Origin: Leucoraja ocellata
Taxonomy: Eukaryota
Length of the DNA: 64,000 nt
NCBI GenBank assembly: GCA_036785375.1
Contig: JAWMAR010000351.1
Coordinates: forward strand, 930,001-994,000
Direction of reading: 5' to 3'
Shown here: positions 24,991 through 39,239 of the stretch, one piece after another
Layout of the letters: each line of letters opens with the position of its first letter
How positions within the stretch are numbered: the stretch's first letter is position 1
Notes under the pieces: generated by a model
The model's input: the letters and a program-made list of their open reading frames with translations, nothing else
Database searches by the model: none
What the model was told of the DNA's origin: nothing
Position numbers and translations under genes: made by a program

Positions 24991-26167
24991 TAAACAAGGC
25001 CGGTGGCATCTTAACTTTTTACTGTCACTCCTGGCTCAGCTAACTAAATAAAATCCTAAACATTAGCCAAGCCAAATGTTTATAACCATGTCTTAATGAA
25101 AATTATTTTCCTGTAAAATGATCCCACCTAATGTTTTGGATAACAAACTAAAACCATCACAAATTTTGGTTGTTCTCATCAACAACAGCAGTATAATGCA
25201 GGAAAGAGTCCAATATGAAAAATCTACCATAGTCTTGTTTAAGGTGGAACAAGAACGAGAGGCCAAATGGCCTACGCCCACATCTATTTCTTATAGACAA
25301 GTTCACCATTTTGATTGGGGTTATTTGCTTCCATGGGGATAATGTGATTCACTTTTAAAAGCAGCTGGAAACTAGTTTATATCTGCTAAATATTTATGGC
25401 AGAGTCTTATTTAAGTAAACATTATTTCCACGCAGCATTTTATTGAACAGCACAGTGCCGTTCAACTAAAACAACGCATTACTGGGTGGAGACAAATCCC
25501 TAAAGAAAATGACATGCAGAGAGGAAAAGAAACAATCAGAATCCAATCTCGCAGCCAGGATTGGCAGATATTGAAATACCAATTCTCTTATGAAATCTGA
25601 TACATTAATGTTGTGAAAGGGTGTGGCTCTATAATTCTATATCAATGAGACCCAATAGTCAAAGTTAGTTATCCCAAGAGACTGCAGGAGGAGGAAGCAA
25701 CATACAGACCTACATTAAGCTTTTATTTTCCTTTCTATGGAGGACCATCTGGTTTTAATGTTAATCACCAGCCTACTTTTCCTTTCTTTATTGAGGCCTT
25801 TATAGTCCTTCGCTAAAGTTCCTTTAGCTCAGTAACTAGATGAATCACAGAGACCGGGAAAGTCCTAGGTTACACGTCTGATTTCAATCAATTAACTGGT
25901 TTTGGCCTTGAATCAGTTGGGATGCTGTAAACAACAGATCAAAGTTGTAAATACAATTAGCCATCATTCCCATTTCCAACTGATGTTTATCGATACGTAC
26001 AAGCATGTCAAGGAGAAATAAATTCAAGATTTGATACTTAAATTTGAACATTGAGCATCTGAATAGAGAACAGTGTTCCCCTGTAACTATAATCCTTGCA
26101 GGAAATTCAGACCTTCAAGTTCAGCACTTGAAGAACTGCAAGTTCAGCACGTTAAAAATGTCTATAC

Positions 26168-26349
26168 CTGGTGTGCTGCAATATCAGCCTCCAGCAGTGC
26201 GTGTTTTTTCTGCAGGTTCTGCACGCTGGTCAGATCCTTTCCATAATCATCTGAAGAAAGGTGACCTTCAACTTCATACAACCATAGTTCAATGTCTTCC
26301 ACATTCCGGTTAAATTGTTGCTGCTGGTTGGCTTCACGTAGTTTAATGC
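26168..26349 (-). CDS. SPTAN1: SPTAN1 exon 17 (182 nt)
   Basis: IKLREANQQQQFNRNVEDIELWLYEVEGHLSSDDYGKDLTSVQNLQKKHALLEADIAAHQ. Confidence 0.96.
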
Positions 26350-28266
26350 CTGTATGTAAACAAAAACAAAGGCTACATTACCGACTCAACTTCACTCCCA
26401 ATAATATTCTCCCATCCTTCCTCTAACATAATGATGGCAGAACCAAATTAGTAAACCAAAGACCCCAGATAATGACCGAGACAGCAGTGGAACTAAATTC
26501 AAATTATTAACTGGAGTGACAATCTCAAAATTATTTGATTTTATTGGATATTAGTGAACAAGCCCTCAGGTTCACTAATATCTTTCATGGGAGGGAATCA
26601 GTCACCCCTACCCAGTCTAGCCTTCATGACCAGCACAGGATGACAACCCTCTGAAATGATCTGACCAAGTCCCTCAGTTGCATCATAGCCAATATCTTAA
26701 AATACAAAAAAACATTTGGCAGATAATTCAGTGTCATTAACCGAGGCACCAAGTGCAGATAATGCAAAGTAATTCTTGCTCAGTTAATCCTGTAAAATCT
26801 GAAGACTGATATTGAGATTAGGAAAGTGGTTCCAAAAGTTGCCTAAGCAACACCTAACAGTCATATTCACAGAACCATTATTTATAGACAGACTACTCCA
26901 TCACAAGTCATCACCCCTGGTTACATCCTGTCCCACCAGCAAGACTGAGCCAGCAGAGAAGATAATCAGTGGTATAAAAGGTGAAAGCAAGCAACTTTGA
27001 GATGCCTCATTACTGTTTGCAGGCCTACCTATATCTCAGTAAGTAGGTCAAGCTTAAACCAAGAAACCTTCCCTTTAAGTAACTATATCATTAACTAAGG
27101 TTGGAGATTTTCCAAAAAAGTCCCATCACATACCTACATCAAAACAGTTGGAAAATAATTTGTAATCAAGACAGTTCAAGAGCCAAAGGCACGACAAGCA
27201 AACATAACTGAACATGGATATTTCACAGATGTTTATATCAGAGGAACCAGTTTCAATGTCCACACAAACTAGGGTTTTTATAATTACTCCCACTCTACAA
27301 ATATTAGTCTTGAGTCAAGGCTCTTCATGCCTATCTAGATACCTTTTCAATGTGGCAGGGTGTCTACTTTCATCCCCTTGCTGGCAGATAGTTCCAGAAC
27401 GGCCTCTCTACATGATGTTTTAGATTGCTCCTTCCCCCCTCCCCCGTTAAAATTGCTGCAGCCCAAGTTGATCTCTCCTCTTATCTGTAATTCCACTACT
27501 CAGATAAGCATCTTCCAATTTATTCCACAAACACATCCTTCATCTGCTATCCAGAATTGTACTTGCTGCAGCCTAACAAGCTATTTATACAGTTGTGCCA
27601 CGTTGTTAAGTTCGACACATTGGCCATGTCTCCCCATATGGCTTCATAATATTTTATCAAACAGTCTCAGATCAAGGGGCATGTATTCTTAAACCCCCCT
27701 CCCTCCCCGTTCTTTCATTACAAGGTCTCCCAATCAACTGGTTTTCCCCAATCCCGCCCACCTCGAATTTCTCCAGATTCAATTCTATTTGCCATTTACA
27801 AGCATACCCAAACAGTGTACTGATTTATTCCTGTAAAATAAAACCTTATTCCTTAGAATGGATAATATTGCCAATCCTGGTTTCAATAGCAAACCGTTCA
27901 AGTGGCATCTGTGCTATAATAGTTCTTAGTCATTATTGAATGGGAGGCCGTGTCACAGACTGAACTGGAAAACAAAAAAAAGTGGAAGGAGGAAAAACCT
28001 GTGTGTTCAGACTTTTGATCACCATTTAATTACCTCTTTGGAAAAGTCTGAATGATTGTAAAATACTGGATAACAAGAGAGTTCAGCATTATCCACTGCC
28101 CAGACTCGCACAAAGTGGGCACTAGCAGGTGGTGTACGAGAACAACAAACGTCCATTGTACCATTGTTAATATTTTCAACAAAGTATATTTTTCTGGGTT
28201 TAGCAGCAGGGCTGCTCTTGGCAAGACCATCATATGATCTATACAAAACATCTGTTGTTTCCTGAC

Positions 28267-28471
28267 CTTTCATTTCTGTGGCCTCGAGCAGCCTTTTCCA
28301 CAGGGAGATGACTTCATTCATCCGAGCAGACACTTCATCTGAGGCGTAGTGGTTAGCATCAATCAGTTCCTGGCCAGCTTTCTGCAGAGTGTCAATGCGG
28401 CTCTGGTTGGCTGAAAGTTCGGCCTCAAAAGCCTGGTGTTTTTGAACCTTTCCTTGCAAATTGGAAGGATC
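28267..28471 (-). CDS. SPTAN1: SPTAN1 exon 16 (205 nt)
   Basis: DPSNLQGKVQKHQAFEAELSANQSRIDTLQKAGQELIDANHYASDEVSARMNEVISLWKRLLEATEMK. Confidence 0.96.
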
Positions 28472-28634
28472 CTACATCCAATAATTTACAAAGACAAAGA
28501 AATGCTTCAAAATATTGCTGCATTGAAGACAATAAATCCCAGGTGAACAATTCACTATTTAAAACTAATCCTAAACATTAAAAATCCCAATTGTGGTTAG
28601 GAATTTTAGAATAAAATCTATTTAAATAGAATAG

Positions 28635-28953
28635 TTTGGTTTAGTTTGAGTTTAGATACACTATGGAAACAGGCCCTTATGCCCACTGATACCACTCAGA
28701 CCATCAATCACCCTTTCACACTTGTTCTGTTATTCCACTATCTCGTCCACACCCTACATATTAAGGGTAACTTTATAGTGGCCAATTAATCTATAAACCC
28801 ACATCTTTTGGATGTGGAAGGAAACCAGAGCACCCAGAGCAAACCCACACAGTCAAAAGGAGAACGTGCAAACTTCACACAGATAACGGCCGAGGTGAGG
28901 ATCAAATCTGGGTCCCTGGTATTGTAAGGCAGCAGTTTGACCAGCTGCACCAC
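28635..28953 (-). mobile_element. V-SINE (HE1-like)
   Basis: Reverse complement has ggtgcagctggt..ctgctgccttacaa head, gaagtttgcacgttctcc V-domain, (ctaaa)n tail. Confidence 0.85.
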
Positions 28954-29094
28954 CCTTAAGTAACTAGATACAAACTGTTTTAAGATGCTCCAGAGAGCAT
29001 GACTGCTCAATGCAGGAGACATTAAATATCCAGATATAAATTTTGATCAACACAATTTGTATACCAGTAGCGTTACATCACTGCACAATCTCAC

Positions 29095-29250
29095 CTTGTG
29101 AGCTTCATCGGTGGCAGTTTTCATTTTTTCATTTATCCAACTCTTCAACTCATCCGAGTCACGGAAAAACTGCTGCAGACTGAAGGAGTTCTCCAACACC
29201 ACACGCCGATACATGGCACGCTCATGGAGAGCATTCCTACGGCTCAGCAG
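29095..29250 (-). CDS. SPTAN1: SPTAN1 exon 15 (156 nt)
   Basis: LLSRRNALHERAMYRRVVLENSFSLQQFFRDSDELKSWINEKMKTATDEAHK. Confidence 0.96.
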
Positions 29251-29665
29251 CTATAAACAAAAATCAGTAAGATGAGAAACTCAGCAAGTTGTTAAAAATC
29301 TGAAATGCATTGTCAGAAGGGATGATAGAGGTCGATTCATCGGCAACTTTCAAAAGAATAGTGTATATTCAAAGTAGTAAATTAAATGCTGAGCAATGGC
29401 AAAAATGAATTGAGTGCAACTAATTGGTCCATTCTTTTACTGAGGCAGCACAAGGGTACAATGCCCACTTCTGTGACAATTAGTTGATAAGATAAGCCTA
29501 TCCTAATGGGAAGAGATCACTTTCTCGTGCATTAAGTATCTGTAGTAGGTAAATGGAAACAATTTAAAACTATCTATTCATTAAACAATTACACAATATA
29601 AAAATCTCTGAAATGAAAAAAAAATATTTCATGGACATTTAAAAGATAAAGCAACACAAAGTTAC

Positions 29666-29743
29666 CGCATCACGACGAGCTGCAACATCTTCCTTAGCGT
29701 AGTGATCACTCTGAATCAACTTGGTAGCAAATTCTTCCAATGC
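29666..29743 (-). CDS. SPTAN1: SPTAN1 exon 14 (78 nt)
   Basis: [26 protein letters not shown]. Confidence 0.95.
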
Positions 29744-29835
29744 CTGATTGGAAAAAAAATGGTATAGTTACAAATAGTAAAGATCAAAACACATAACAAA
29801 AATATCATGAACTGGAAGAATTTTGGCAATCCTAC

Positions 29836-29946
29836 CGTAATTTTCTCTTCTTGAGCACCAAGGGACTTCTCAAAATCTTCATGCTTTTTCAGGAGTGCTT
29901 CTACACTATCAAGTGAATCTCCCAAATCTTCATTCAACAAGAAAGC
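29836..29946 (-). CDS. SPTAN1: SPTAN1 exon 13 (111 nt)
   Basis: [37 protein letters not shown]. Confidence 0.96.
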
Positions 29947-30950
29947 CTACATAAGATCAAAAGTTAAAAAATATATTTGTTTCCACCAGAAACTAAATCT
30001 CCATATTTGTTGCCACCTCCTGAAATCTTAAGAGAGAGCTTAGTATTCCAAAATTATTGCTCGAGGCAGCATTAGAAGACATCAGTAGACAAAATTTACA
30101 ATCAATATTTTAATTATTTTGATATAACGATGGATTTTGTTCAGCAAAACCACATTTATGAATTTCAGAATGGAGACAGTTCAAGCAAATTTGTTTTAAT
30201 ACATTAAAAACGGATGAACAAATGAAAAATGTTTAGAACCCCCATTTCTAGACTTCCTCCGCACCAATAAGCATAACAGAAAGGGGTCCAACAAGGTTTA
30301 AGATACAAACAAGGCAATACCTTCTATACTCCAGACTGCAGAAAGTGCAGGAATGATTTTAAATACATTTTGAAAGCAAAGTAGATGCATGAAAAAAAAA
30401 TCATTGTATGCAAAATAAAAAGATATCACCAAGAGCTTTTATAAAGGTAAAGGACCTATTAAGGTTAAAACACATCTACTGCCATAATAGGTTTTAAAGA
30501 GCATACCAATGGATTGGTTAATGTGGCAAAATGAGTTAAATCCAGAGAAATGCAGACTGATGCATTTGGGAAGAGCCAGCACGGCAAGCTAATGCAAAGT
30601 GCTGGAATAGTAAAGTGCAATTGAAGAGAGAGCAGCAAGTGCATGACTACATAGTCCCAAAAATAGCAGGTCAAGTAGACAAGGCACAGAATACAAGGGC
30701 AGGTATATACTGTGCATAATAGAAACATATTATGTCGGAGTGCACAGTACAATTTTGACCACCAAAGTACAAGTAGTGATAGGACCAGGGGACTGAAGAG
30801 TTCAGTTGAAGACAGATTTAATATTGCAGAATTAAATTATGCTAGGCCATGGCAGAGGCAACTGGAGTAAAATAAAATAATTTTATGATAACTAGAGGCA
30901 TAGGTGAACGGTAAAATAATTAAAAAGGAAAGTAATGGAAATTAACTTAC

Positions 30951-31088
30951 CTCCTGTTTGCTCATCCAGTTATCCACCTGCTCAGTGTCACGGTAGAAGA
31001 GCTGCAGATCCATGCATTGCTCGTATTGGTGTCTACGGAGCTCCCACAGGTCGAGAAGAGAAACTTTCTCCTCAGCAAGAATTCCCAG
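30951..31088 (-). CDS. SPTAN1: SPTAN1 exon 12 (138 nt)
   Basis: LGILAEEKVSLLDLWELRRHQYEQCMDLQLFYRDTEQVDNWMSKQE. Confidence 0.96.
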
Positions 31089-31219
31089 CTAAGAAATAAA
31101 TCAAGACATTTACAATCATTAGATTCAAACAGAAAAATTATATACACCTATGATTATTTGAATTACCAGAAATAGACAAATTTTAGATATCCAAAAATCC
31201 AATTTTCTATTATGTAGAA

Positions 31220-32080
31220 AGGTACAATCCCAACTGGTTGACAAGATGTTGAGGCTCTGGTCAGGAAAAAGGAAGTATGACTGATTTAAGCACGAGATCA
31301 AGGAAGAAAAAGGAGGCACATGTCAGATTTAGGCAGTTGAGATCAAGCAAATCCTTTATTAGAATAGTGGGACACTTAAGAAAGCAACCAGGAGGGCAAA
31401 AAGAGGGCATGAAACAGAGCTGGCAGTCAAGGTGAAGGAAAATCTCAAGAGATTCTACAGGTATATTAAGAATAAACGGGGAGCTAGGGAAATAATTGTT
31501 CGCTTTATAGATCAGCATGGTCATCTTTGTGCCAAGGCACAAGAGATGAGGGAAATATTACATTAATATTTCGCATCCGATTTTACTAAAGAGCAGGAAG
31601 CATAGAAAGTGTGATGTCTAATATCTGATACATATTATCAACAAGGAAACAATAGCAGTTTTATAGCACATTAAGGTGGATAAATTTGCACAGCTTGACA
31701 GGTACAAGATGCCTGCTCATACATTATCCGACACCCTTGTGTCTCCAGCACTTGGTGTTTTTTTGTAAACCAATATCTGCAGTTCCTTTGTGAAATATCA
31801 CTCTCATCCCTCATTGAGGAGTCAGGAGGGGCATGAATAAAGTGAATGCTCAGAGTCTCTTACCCAGGAAAGAGGATTATACAATTAGAGGGCATATGCC
31901 TAGGGAGAGATGAGAGGGTCTTATGAGGGACAACAGAGACAACATTTTCCATTCAGAAGGTATCCATATCTGGAAAGAGCTGCCAGAGAAAGCGAGAGAC
32001 GTGAATACAATTATGACTTTTATAAGACATTTGAATAGGTATATGGATAGGAAAGGTTTATAAGGCCATGGGCAAATGCG
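31220..32080 (+). mobile_element. Decayed, internally deleted CR1 LINE
   Basis: gtgaaggaaaatctcaagagattctacaggtatattaag (ORF2 linker region) and 3' region tagagggcat..tggaaagagctgccaga..gacatttgaatagg. Confidence 0.7.
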
Positions 32081-32146
32081 ACTCGCAACATTGCAATTTC
32101 CTTAACAGCAAAAAATATTGACAGCTTCAATACGGGAGTATCATAC

Positions 32147-32248
32147 CTTCTCTCGGACCTCATCAGATGCGTAGTGCTCACCAGCAAGCAGGGCTTGTCC
32201 TGCTTCATCTGTTGTCTTGAAGCTGTCTTCATGAGCATCAATTTCACC
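32147..32248 (-). CDS. SPTAN1: SPTAN1 exon 11 (102 nt)
   Basis: GEIDAHEDSFKTTDEAGQALLAGEHYASDEVREK. Confidence 0.96.
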
Positions 32249-32785
32249 CTGGAAAATATCAGATATGCAAATGTTACATTAATTTCTGTTCAGGTCATTA
32301 AAATCTTTATAATCTGCTTTATTCGTTTATTACAATAATATTAATCTGTAATTAGGCAGTGATGTCTTTAGCAGTGCAGAATTTCTCCATCTGCATTTTG
32401 TGAATGGAACAAAATCTGGATTGATCTAGATATATCAAAGTTGGAAACAGCCTGTTCATCTTCAAGCTTAATGAATAATACCAGAGTATAATGGAGTAGC
32501 TCCATTCATGACTGTTTCACACTTGAATAAACAAGTATATAACCATTAAAATCGATCAGGCATCACAATCACATCATAAAATGAGTACCTGAATATAGCA
32601 GAAGCGTGTTTATGCTGTGTAAATTAGTAGAGAAGGTAATTAGTATCATTATATGTGCTTCTTCAACAATTTCCTGCTTATAGTAATTTTTTTTTAAATA
32701 GTATTTTGACTAGGCAATTAGTGGACTATTCACATCCCTTAACAAGTGAGCCTACACACTTAGAATGGTGTAAGACTAGAATCAC

Positions 32786-32921
32786 CTTATGTTCCTGATG
32801 TCTATCAAGTAATGCCTCTGCTCCAGCCACGTCATTCGCCAATTCGTCAGCACTGATGAGCGCCTTCATTTCAGTCACCCAGCTTGTCAGGTCACGGAAA
32901 TCTGCTAGGAAACGTTGCAGC
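32786..32921 (-). CDS. SPTAN1: SPTAN1 exon 10 (136 nt)
   Basis: [45 protein letters not shown]. Confidence 0.96.
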
Positions 32922-33737
32922 CTGGGAAAAATTTAACATAGTCTCAAACTATGGTCACTTTCATGAACAATTCTCCAGCCATCACAGAACACTTTACTAC
33001 AAAACCAGATAATTAAACACTTCAAGCACTGTAGCTGTTGAAGTCTTGTGATTATTCTGCTTAATCCAATAGTCAAGACTCCCATTCAAAGAAAAGGCCA
33101 CAAGCTAAGCAAGGAAGGAAATATGAAGACAAAGACCAAGGCAAACTGAAAAGATTATAAAGAATATGAGGGGCAGGGACTTAGCGATGTGTTCCAGACG
33201 AAGGAGCTCCACAGCTACTGAGGGCAGCTGCTAACAATAGGAGTGGGGATAAAAGGAGACCAGAATTGTAGCTCACAAAATGACAAGAAGTCAGGGCAAG
33301 ATTTGAGTAAGGAGGTGAAAACATAAGAACAAACCTCGATATTGGGCAACATAGAAAAAACAAAATAATGTGACGATGTAGACTTGGCTAAAAGCAACAA
33401 AACTTTGAATGAATCAAAGACTGGAAGATGGGAGGCTAGCTTGGAGCACTTTGAAATGTTCAGGTTTAGGATACAAATGGGTTTCAGCAGTAAACATACC
33501 AGAGCCAATGCGGCTCTGTTAAATCATATGAGAGAAAATAATTCATTGCTTCTTTAAGGCAAAATGTCACTTTGACAAGTCAACATGAAACAAAGATTTT
33601 GAAAGTCCTATCAATAAAAGGTTTGCAAGATATGCCCCGTATTAGAATACTAATACTGGTTAAATAGAAAGCAAATTCCCTTGCCACTTTCTTGAGGTCC
33701 CAGTGTAACTATTTGGCCTTCTCACTGTCACTTTTAC

Positions 33738-33892
33738 CTGTATGAATCATCCAGACGGGTATGCCTTTGCGCTGCTAAGGTGCGGATTCGCTCCCAATTT
33801 TGAATAAGCTCTTCTTGTTTGACCTGAATCTGGGCTGCGTTCTGTGGGTGTGACTGTTGCAGGCGATCTGCCTCAGAGGTGAGTGCCTTCAC
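33738..33892 (-). CDS. SPTAN1: SPTAN1 exon 9 (155 nt)
   Basis: VKALTSEADRLQQSHPQNAAQIQVKQEELIQNWERIRTLAAQRHTRLDDSYR. Confidence 0.96.
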
Positions 33893-34334
33893 CTGCAAAA
33901 CAAAAATACAAAGTTAATATCAATGATAATATATCTCATGTTTGAGAAATGAATTATGTGCCAAATAATAGTTGCAATTTTAGCTGCAGTTATCTTTTCA
34001 TTACTTTAAATATTTAAGAATTTAATAACTGTTCTCCATGCCAAATGGAATGATTTTTTTCATTTATAATCTGACGCTTATACCACTAGGAATGAATAAA
34101 TAGTATTATTAAATCTGTAACATTAGGGTAACATCAGATATCAGTCACCATAGGTCCTCGGCACCCATATAAACAAGTTGAGTTCTTTCCAGTAACTAAA
34201 GCACATGAATTTATTTAAAAGTCTATTATTTATTTAGTGCTAATAGCACTTAATTATCATACAGAAACAAAAACTACATTTTAAAAGCACATAAATAATT
34301 TGTAGATTTCTAGCCATCAAATGTCTAGGATTAC

Positions 34335-34479
34335 CTTATCCTCCAGAGCTGCTAGATCTCTCTCCAAGCCTTCATGCTTACGAAGAAGTGTTTGCACACT
34401 GGCCAGATCACGTCCAAAATCATCCGAAGCCATTAGCTGTTCTTTCTCTTTAATCCAACTAATGGTTTCATCCACATCT
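34335..34479 (-). CDS. SPTAN1: SPTAN1 exon 8 (145 nt)
   Basis: DVDETISWIKEKEQLMASDDFGRDLASVQTLLRKHEGLERDLAALEDK. Confidence 0.96.
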
Positions 34480-34934
34480 CTATAATGTTGTAATAAGCAT
34501 GTATTCAGAAGTTGAAACTGCAACACTAATTTAACACATACACTATCTAACTCTTCTTTGCTTCCATTCAATGTTTTTTTGACCATGAAAATTATTATAT
34601 TAGTGAAAATTATTTTTCATATATTGCAAAAGAATTAAAGTATTGAAAAGAGGGTTCTTGTTTATTTCGCATCCAACTTAAAATAACCCATAAACACCAC
34701 TCAATTAAAGGCTAAATTACAAAGCTTTTATTCCCCAAACCCGCAAAAAGGAAATATTTAGCTTCCTGCAGAGTTTGGAACAATAATCAGTTGAAAATTA
34801 AACTGATTGGGATTAAATATGGCATATGCAGTTTCCTCAAAGTAGATTACCAAGTACTGGAATCCGGAATATCCTTCTCACTATTCAGGAAGTTTTTATT
34901 ATTTTCTCAGACGTGATTGTAACAGTTGACTCAC

Positions 34935-35068
34935 CTATTAAAACGCTGTACTTCTGCAGCTCCAAAAAGTTTTCCTTGCCGTTGTAGTACCAGGCCTTTG
35001 AGTCGTTGCCAAGCAACATTGACCTCGTCCTGACGATGGGTGATAAGTGTCAGCTCAGGATGATTCTC
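34935..35068 (-). CDS. SPTAN1: SPTAN1 exon 7 (134 nt)
   Basis: [45 protein letters not shown]. Confidence 0.96.
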
Positions 35069-35901
35069 CTGCAGAAAGAGAAAGATGATAGTAACAGGTT
35101 TCTCTCCACAATTAACGTATTTACATTACTTTCCTAAGGGAACGCACCAGAAAAATACGCAGTATATATGTTATCATCCAAACGTAATGAGGCAGAATTT
35201 TAAAAGAGGACTTGAGATAGGTTGAATAAAACAAACATTTAGCTGCAGATAATTGAACTGATATTTTCCTTGAGATTTCAATTAAATTTAATATTATCCA
35301 TCAATCTGAAAATGTATTAAGAGGCAAAATGCAATTATAAAATTAAACATTATTTCATATTGTTACACAAATGCAACAGTGCAATTGAGTGTATAGTTGC
35401 ATTAAAAATATCAATAAAAAATTGCCCATGAACAAGTAGTATCTCCTTATGGGCAAGTAAATATAAGCAAATTAGATGAGCTTCTGAAGAATTTCTTGGA
35501 AGAATACAAGAGATATTGTGGAATGAACAATTGCTTCACAAAAATCAGGTAATTGGAATTCAGTGAATCCCGTTTTCTTAGATCCTGAATTGCAGCTGCC
35601 TGGTTGCAATTCAGAAAACAGCAGCTGGTATTTCCCCTCACCACACCCATAAATAACAAACGTATCTGCATGCTCATCCACATCACAGCCCATATAAGCT
35701 CGCTGACAGGGGCCTTCTAAATGTTCTGAAAATATTATAACCCCAATTTTAGCAGTGTTATATCTGCTGTGCAAACTGCCCACTCTGTCTTGCTGACGAA
35801 CAATTCCCAATTTAATGCATAATTGCAGTGCAAATTTAGCTTCAGAACAGAGCTATAGATAAATAGCTAACCCATTCTTAACTTAAAAAGCTTTCTCAAA
35901 C

Positions 35902-36048
35902 CTGTTCCAGTTTTCCAGCAAGTTGATTAACTTCATTAACACGCTCCTCGTGAGCTGCAAGGTCAGTTTGGAATTCCTCAAATTTCTTCTGCAAAACCTC
36001 CACATGCTCCAAATCCTGGCCAACTTCCTCTGATGTGACAAAAGCCTC
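35902..36048 (-). CDS. SPTAN1: SPTAN1 exon 6 (147 nt)
   Basis: EAFVTSEEVGQDLEHVEVLQKKFEEFQTDLAAHEERVNEVNQLAGKLEQ. Confidence 0.96.
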
Positions 36049-36781
36049 CTAAAAGTTGGAACTTTAATTAGCTTAAGTATGATTTTGAAATACAAAGAAA
36101 CGAAGTACAATGTAAAATATTTTATCCATGTTAATCAATGAAATTATGCACCACAAAAAGGGAAATTCATCAAATGGCGTTGAACCAAATTAAAAATAAG
36201 ACCTATTTCTCAATTTAAAAAAATCCACAACATCTTTCCAGACATTTAGGCTCAGAACTTCATTTCAGGCAGATTATCTGTTGTGCCACATGGAAATGAT
36301 CTTAGATCCCCACCAAAATAAAACTTGTGAAACTCCAGGGCAATGATGATATTATTATTCAAGTACACAATGTTGCATTTTAATAAACAAAAGCACACTT
36401 TCAAATACGAAACAAAAGTTACTAGGCTTTTGTGATAGAGGTATGAACTGCTCATTCGAAAGGTTAGCAGAGACATGATTGGGTGAATATTATTTTTCCA
36501 ACGTTGATTGCTATAAACTCTCCTATCTACTGACTCTCACAGGGGTTTAATGGTTAACATGAATTATTGACCTCTCCATCGGTAATAAGACCATTTAAGA
36601 ACATGCAGCTTTTTGTACGGGCATATCTTTCTAACATGGAGAAGCTGCCGTTGCAGTGTATGATGGAACATGATGATCTCATTGACTATTCAAAAGCCAT
36701 TTTTAATCTAATTCAACTGCACGTTTTCTCCTGCTGTGCAACTGGATATTCCAATTCTTATCACTAAAACAAACTACTGAC

Positions 36782-36922
36782 CTTATCATTGATCCAGTCC
36801 ATGACATCATCACACTCTCGCTGATACTGCACCAGCTTCTGCGTCTGCAGAAGTCGAATCCCCTTCTCCCTCATTTTCTCCAGCAGGCGCGCCCATAGTT
36901 GATGAAGCTCCTCCAGTCGGGT
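36782..36922 (-). CDS. SPTAN1: SPTAN1 exon 5 (141 nt)
   Basis: TRLEELHQLWARLLEKMREKGIRLLQTQKLVQYQRECDDVMDWINDK. Confidence 0.96.
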
Positions 36923-38767
36923 CTTGAAAGACAGAAACGAAACTGATCAAAGAAAATCAGCTTTTTTTGCAAACAGAATGAAGGCAAATGGTGTTAGGTT
37001 TCTGAATGCCATCACATCACAATGTTTCTGTACCACATAATACTGCAGCTGTCTTCTGATAGGTAGGTAGTGGTAGATTACCTTCAAGAGCTTTACATTG
37101 ATCAAGTTCTATTACAACAGCATTCTTTCAAAGGAAGCAGAAGAAAACATGGAAACAACCTCTGACAGCTGTTTCTGTTGATAAAATTACAACAAAGGCT
37201 TCCTGCAACCACACTACAGATTTCAAACTGGACATTATATTCTCAACTTTGTATTATATTTTTCTCATGAGTGCCACACACACACACATTCAAAAATAAA
37301 GGTGATCAAATAAGAAGCTTTGACACCCATTTTGGTTAATCGTGTATTACTATTTTACCATAAATATAATTTCAGGAAATTAAATGGTCTAACCAATGTA
37401 AAATGCTCAAACCAGTAGACCAATTGTGCCACTCTGAAAGCATTGGACTCGCTCTTATTTTGGGAAGTAGAAAGTTTATGATAAGGTATGAATGATAAAA
37501 ATCACAAAACTAGATTGATTGTGATGATACATTCATCACAATTTTTTCCCCAAAGCTTAAAAGGTGAAAATTACTGCAATTGATAGTATATATTACTGGC
37601 CTCCCCTTCTGGCTTTAAATGAAAATCCACAAGAATCATAACCAACAAAAAATTGTGGGTAATATTCAGCAAAAAAAGCTGATTGTGGCAAGAGATCCCA
37701 TTTATAAGACAGACAGATGTTCACAGCCTCTCGTCTAAAAAGGCTCTCAGAGCTTCCATTTGTAAAGAAGATTGTTTCACTCAGCAAACTCTTTTGGAAA
37801 ACCTTGAACAGTATACAATTTTTTTTTTAAACGCCATTAGACTATACCACCAGGAGCACATGAAAACAAAAAAAATATGTGAATATTACTTGAAGTGAAG
37901 AAAAAGTAATGTTAACGGTTTGGGTTTAAAAAAAAAAATTAAAACTAGAATTTAAAGTCATAATAGGTTTTTTCCCCATTTTGCAGCCATACAACAGGCA
38001 GAAATGTCGTGAATTTAAGTGGATCCCAACTAGATTGGATAAGCTAAAACTATAAAGATGAAGTAAACCATTTTAAACCAAAACTAATCGTTTGAGTGTA
38101 ATTTTACACATGCAAAGATGCCAAAAGGAGTCAATACACTTCAAATGCAAGATAACATTCCTTATGCTTGCAGTTTCAATACAACTATCCCCACCATGAA
38201 TAACATGGTTTTAAATTGATAAGCAACGTTCTACTTGTACAGATGGGGTTATCCCAAATAATGCTTTGCTCTTTTATTTATTCAGAAAATACTCTACAAA
38301 CTGCTTTCTACCCTCACAGTTGAAAGAAAGGCATTTAGTTAACTACGATGATTGAAGAGAACCACAATATTGAAAATGATGCAGTACCAGCACGTTTCAC
38401 TTATGAACGAAGCTTGGATAGTACTACGAGGCAATTCAACTTTATTATTAAAATTTTTTCAGCCAATTACAAAGTGACACCGAGGCTCAGATCAGAAATT
38501 CAATATTAACAATTTTAAAAGGACAGCCAATAATAAAGTCAAAGTAAAATAATTACATTTTCAACTCAAGAGAGGAAATTCAAAGCATAAGCACTGCACT
38601 ACACAGCAAGGGGCACCTACTTCCATGTGAGTACCAATGTGTACTGTGGTTACAATAGGTCGTTGTGTAGTCCGGTAGGGCGTGAAAGACTAAAGATTAA
38701 CAATAAAAATTACATTTCTAATTAACAATACAAAAACATGAAACCATACAACAGAAAACCCACTTAC

Positions 38768-38893
38768 TCGAATAATTTCTGTGGCAAAATGCTCATTTGT
38801 AATCATCTTGTTACCAAATTCATCAAGTTTGATGATGGCAGTAGCATTAGCCTGCACTTCAGCCTCGAATGCCTGATGTTTCTGCAGCTTACC
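38768..38893 (-). CDS. SPTAN1: SPTAN1 exon 4 (126 nt)
   Basis: GKLQKHQAFEAEVQANATAIIKLDEFGNKMITNEHFATEIIR. Confidence 0.96.
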
Positions 38894-39239
38894 CTGCCAA
38901 AGATAAAAACAAAACACCATAATTTTCCTATTTCCTTTAGTGATGGCATTACCTCATGCTTGGCAATAATTGTATGGCACAAGCAGCATCTTTACCTGCA
39001 AGGACAATCTTCATTATGCAGGTGTTACGAAAAGTTATAAAACTGAGGATATTGCAAGCACTTGTATTGCAACTCCAATTATAGTGAAATACATGTTTTT
39101 GCAGCAGAACATATTTAGAAATAGCTCCCAACAGTTTTTTTCATTGAGGGAATGAAAGTTTAGAAACAAAAATCATGTCTGACTTTACCGTGTCTCAAAT
39201 ATGTTTAAGTTTGTTTTTCTGTATTTTTAATTTCCCTAA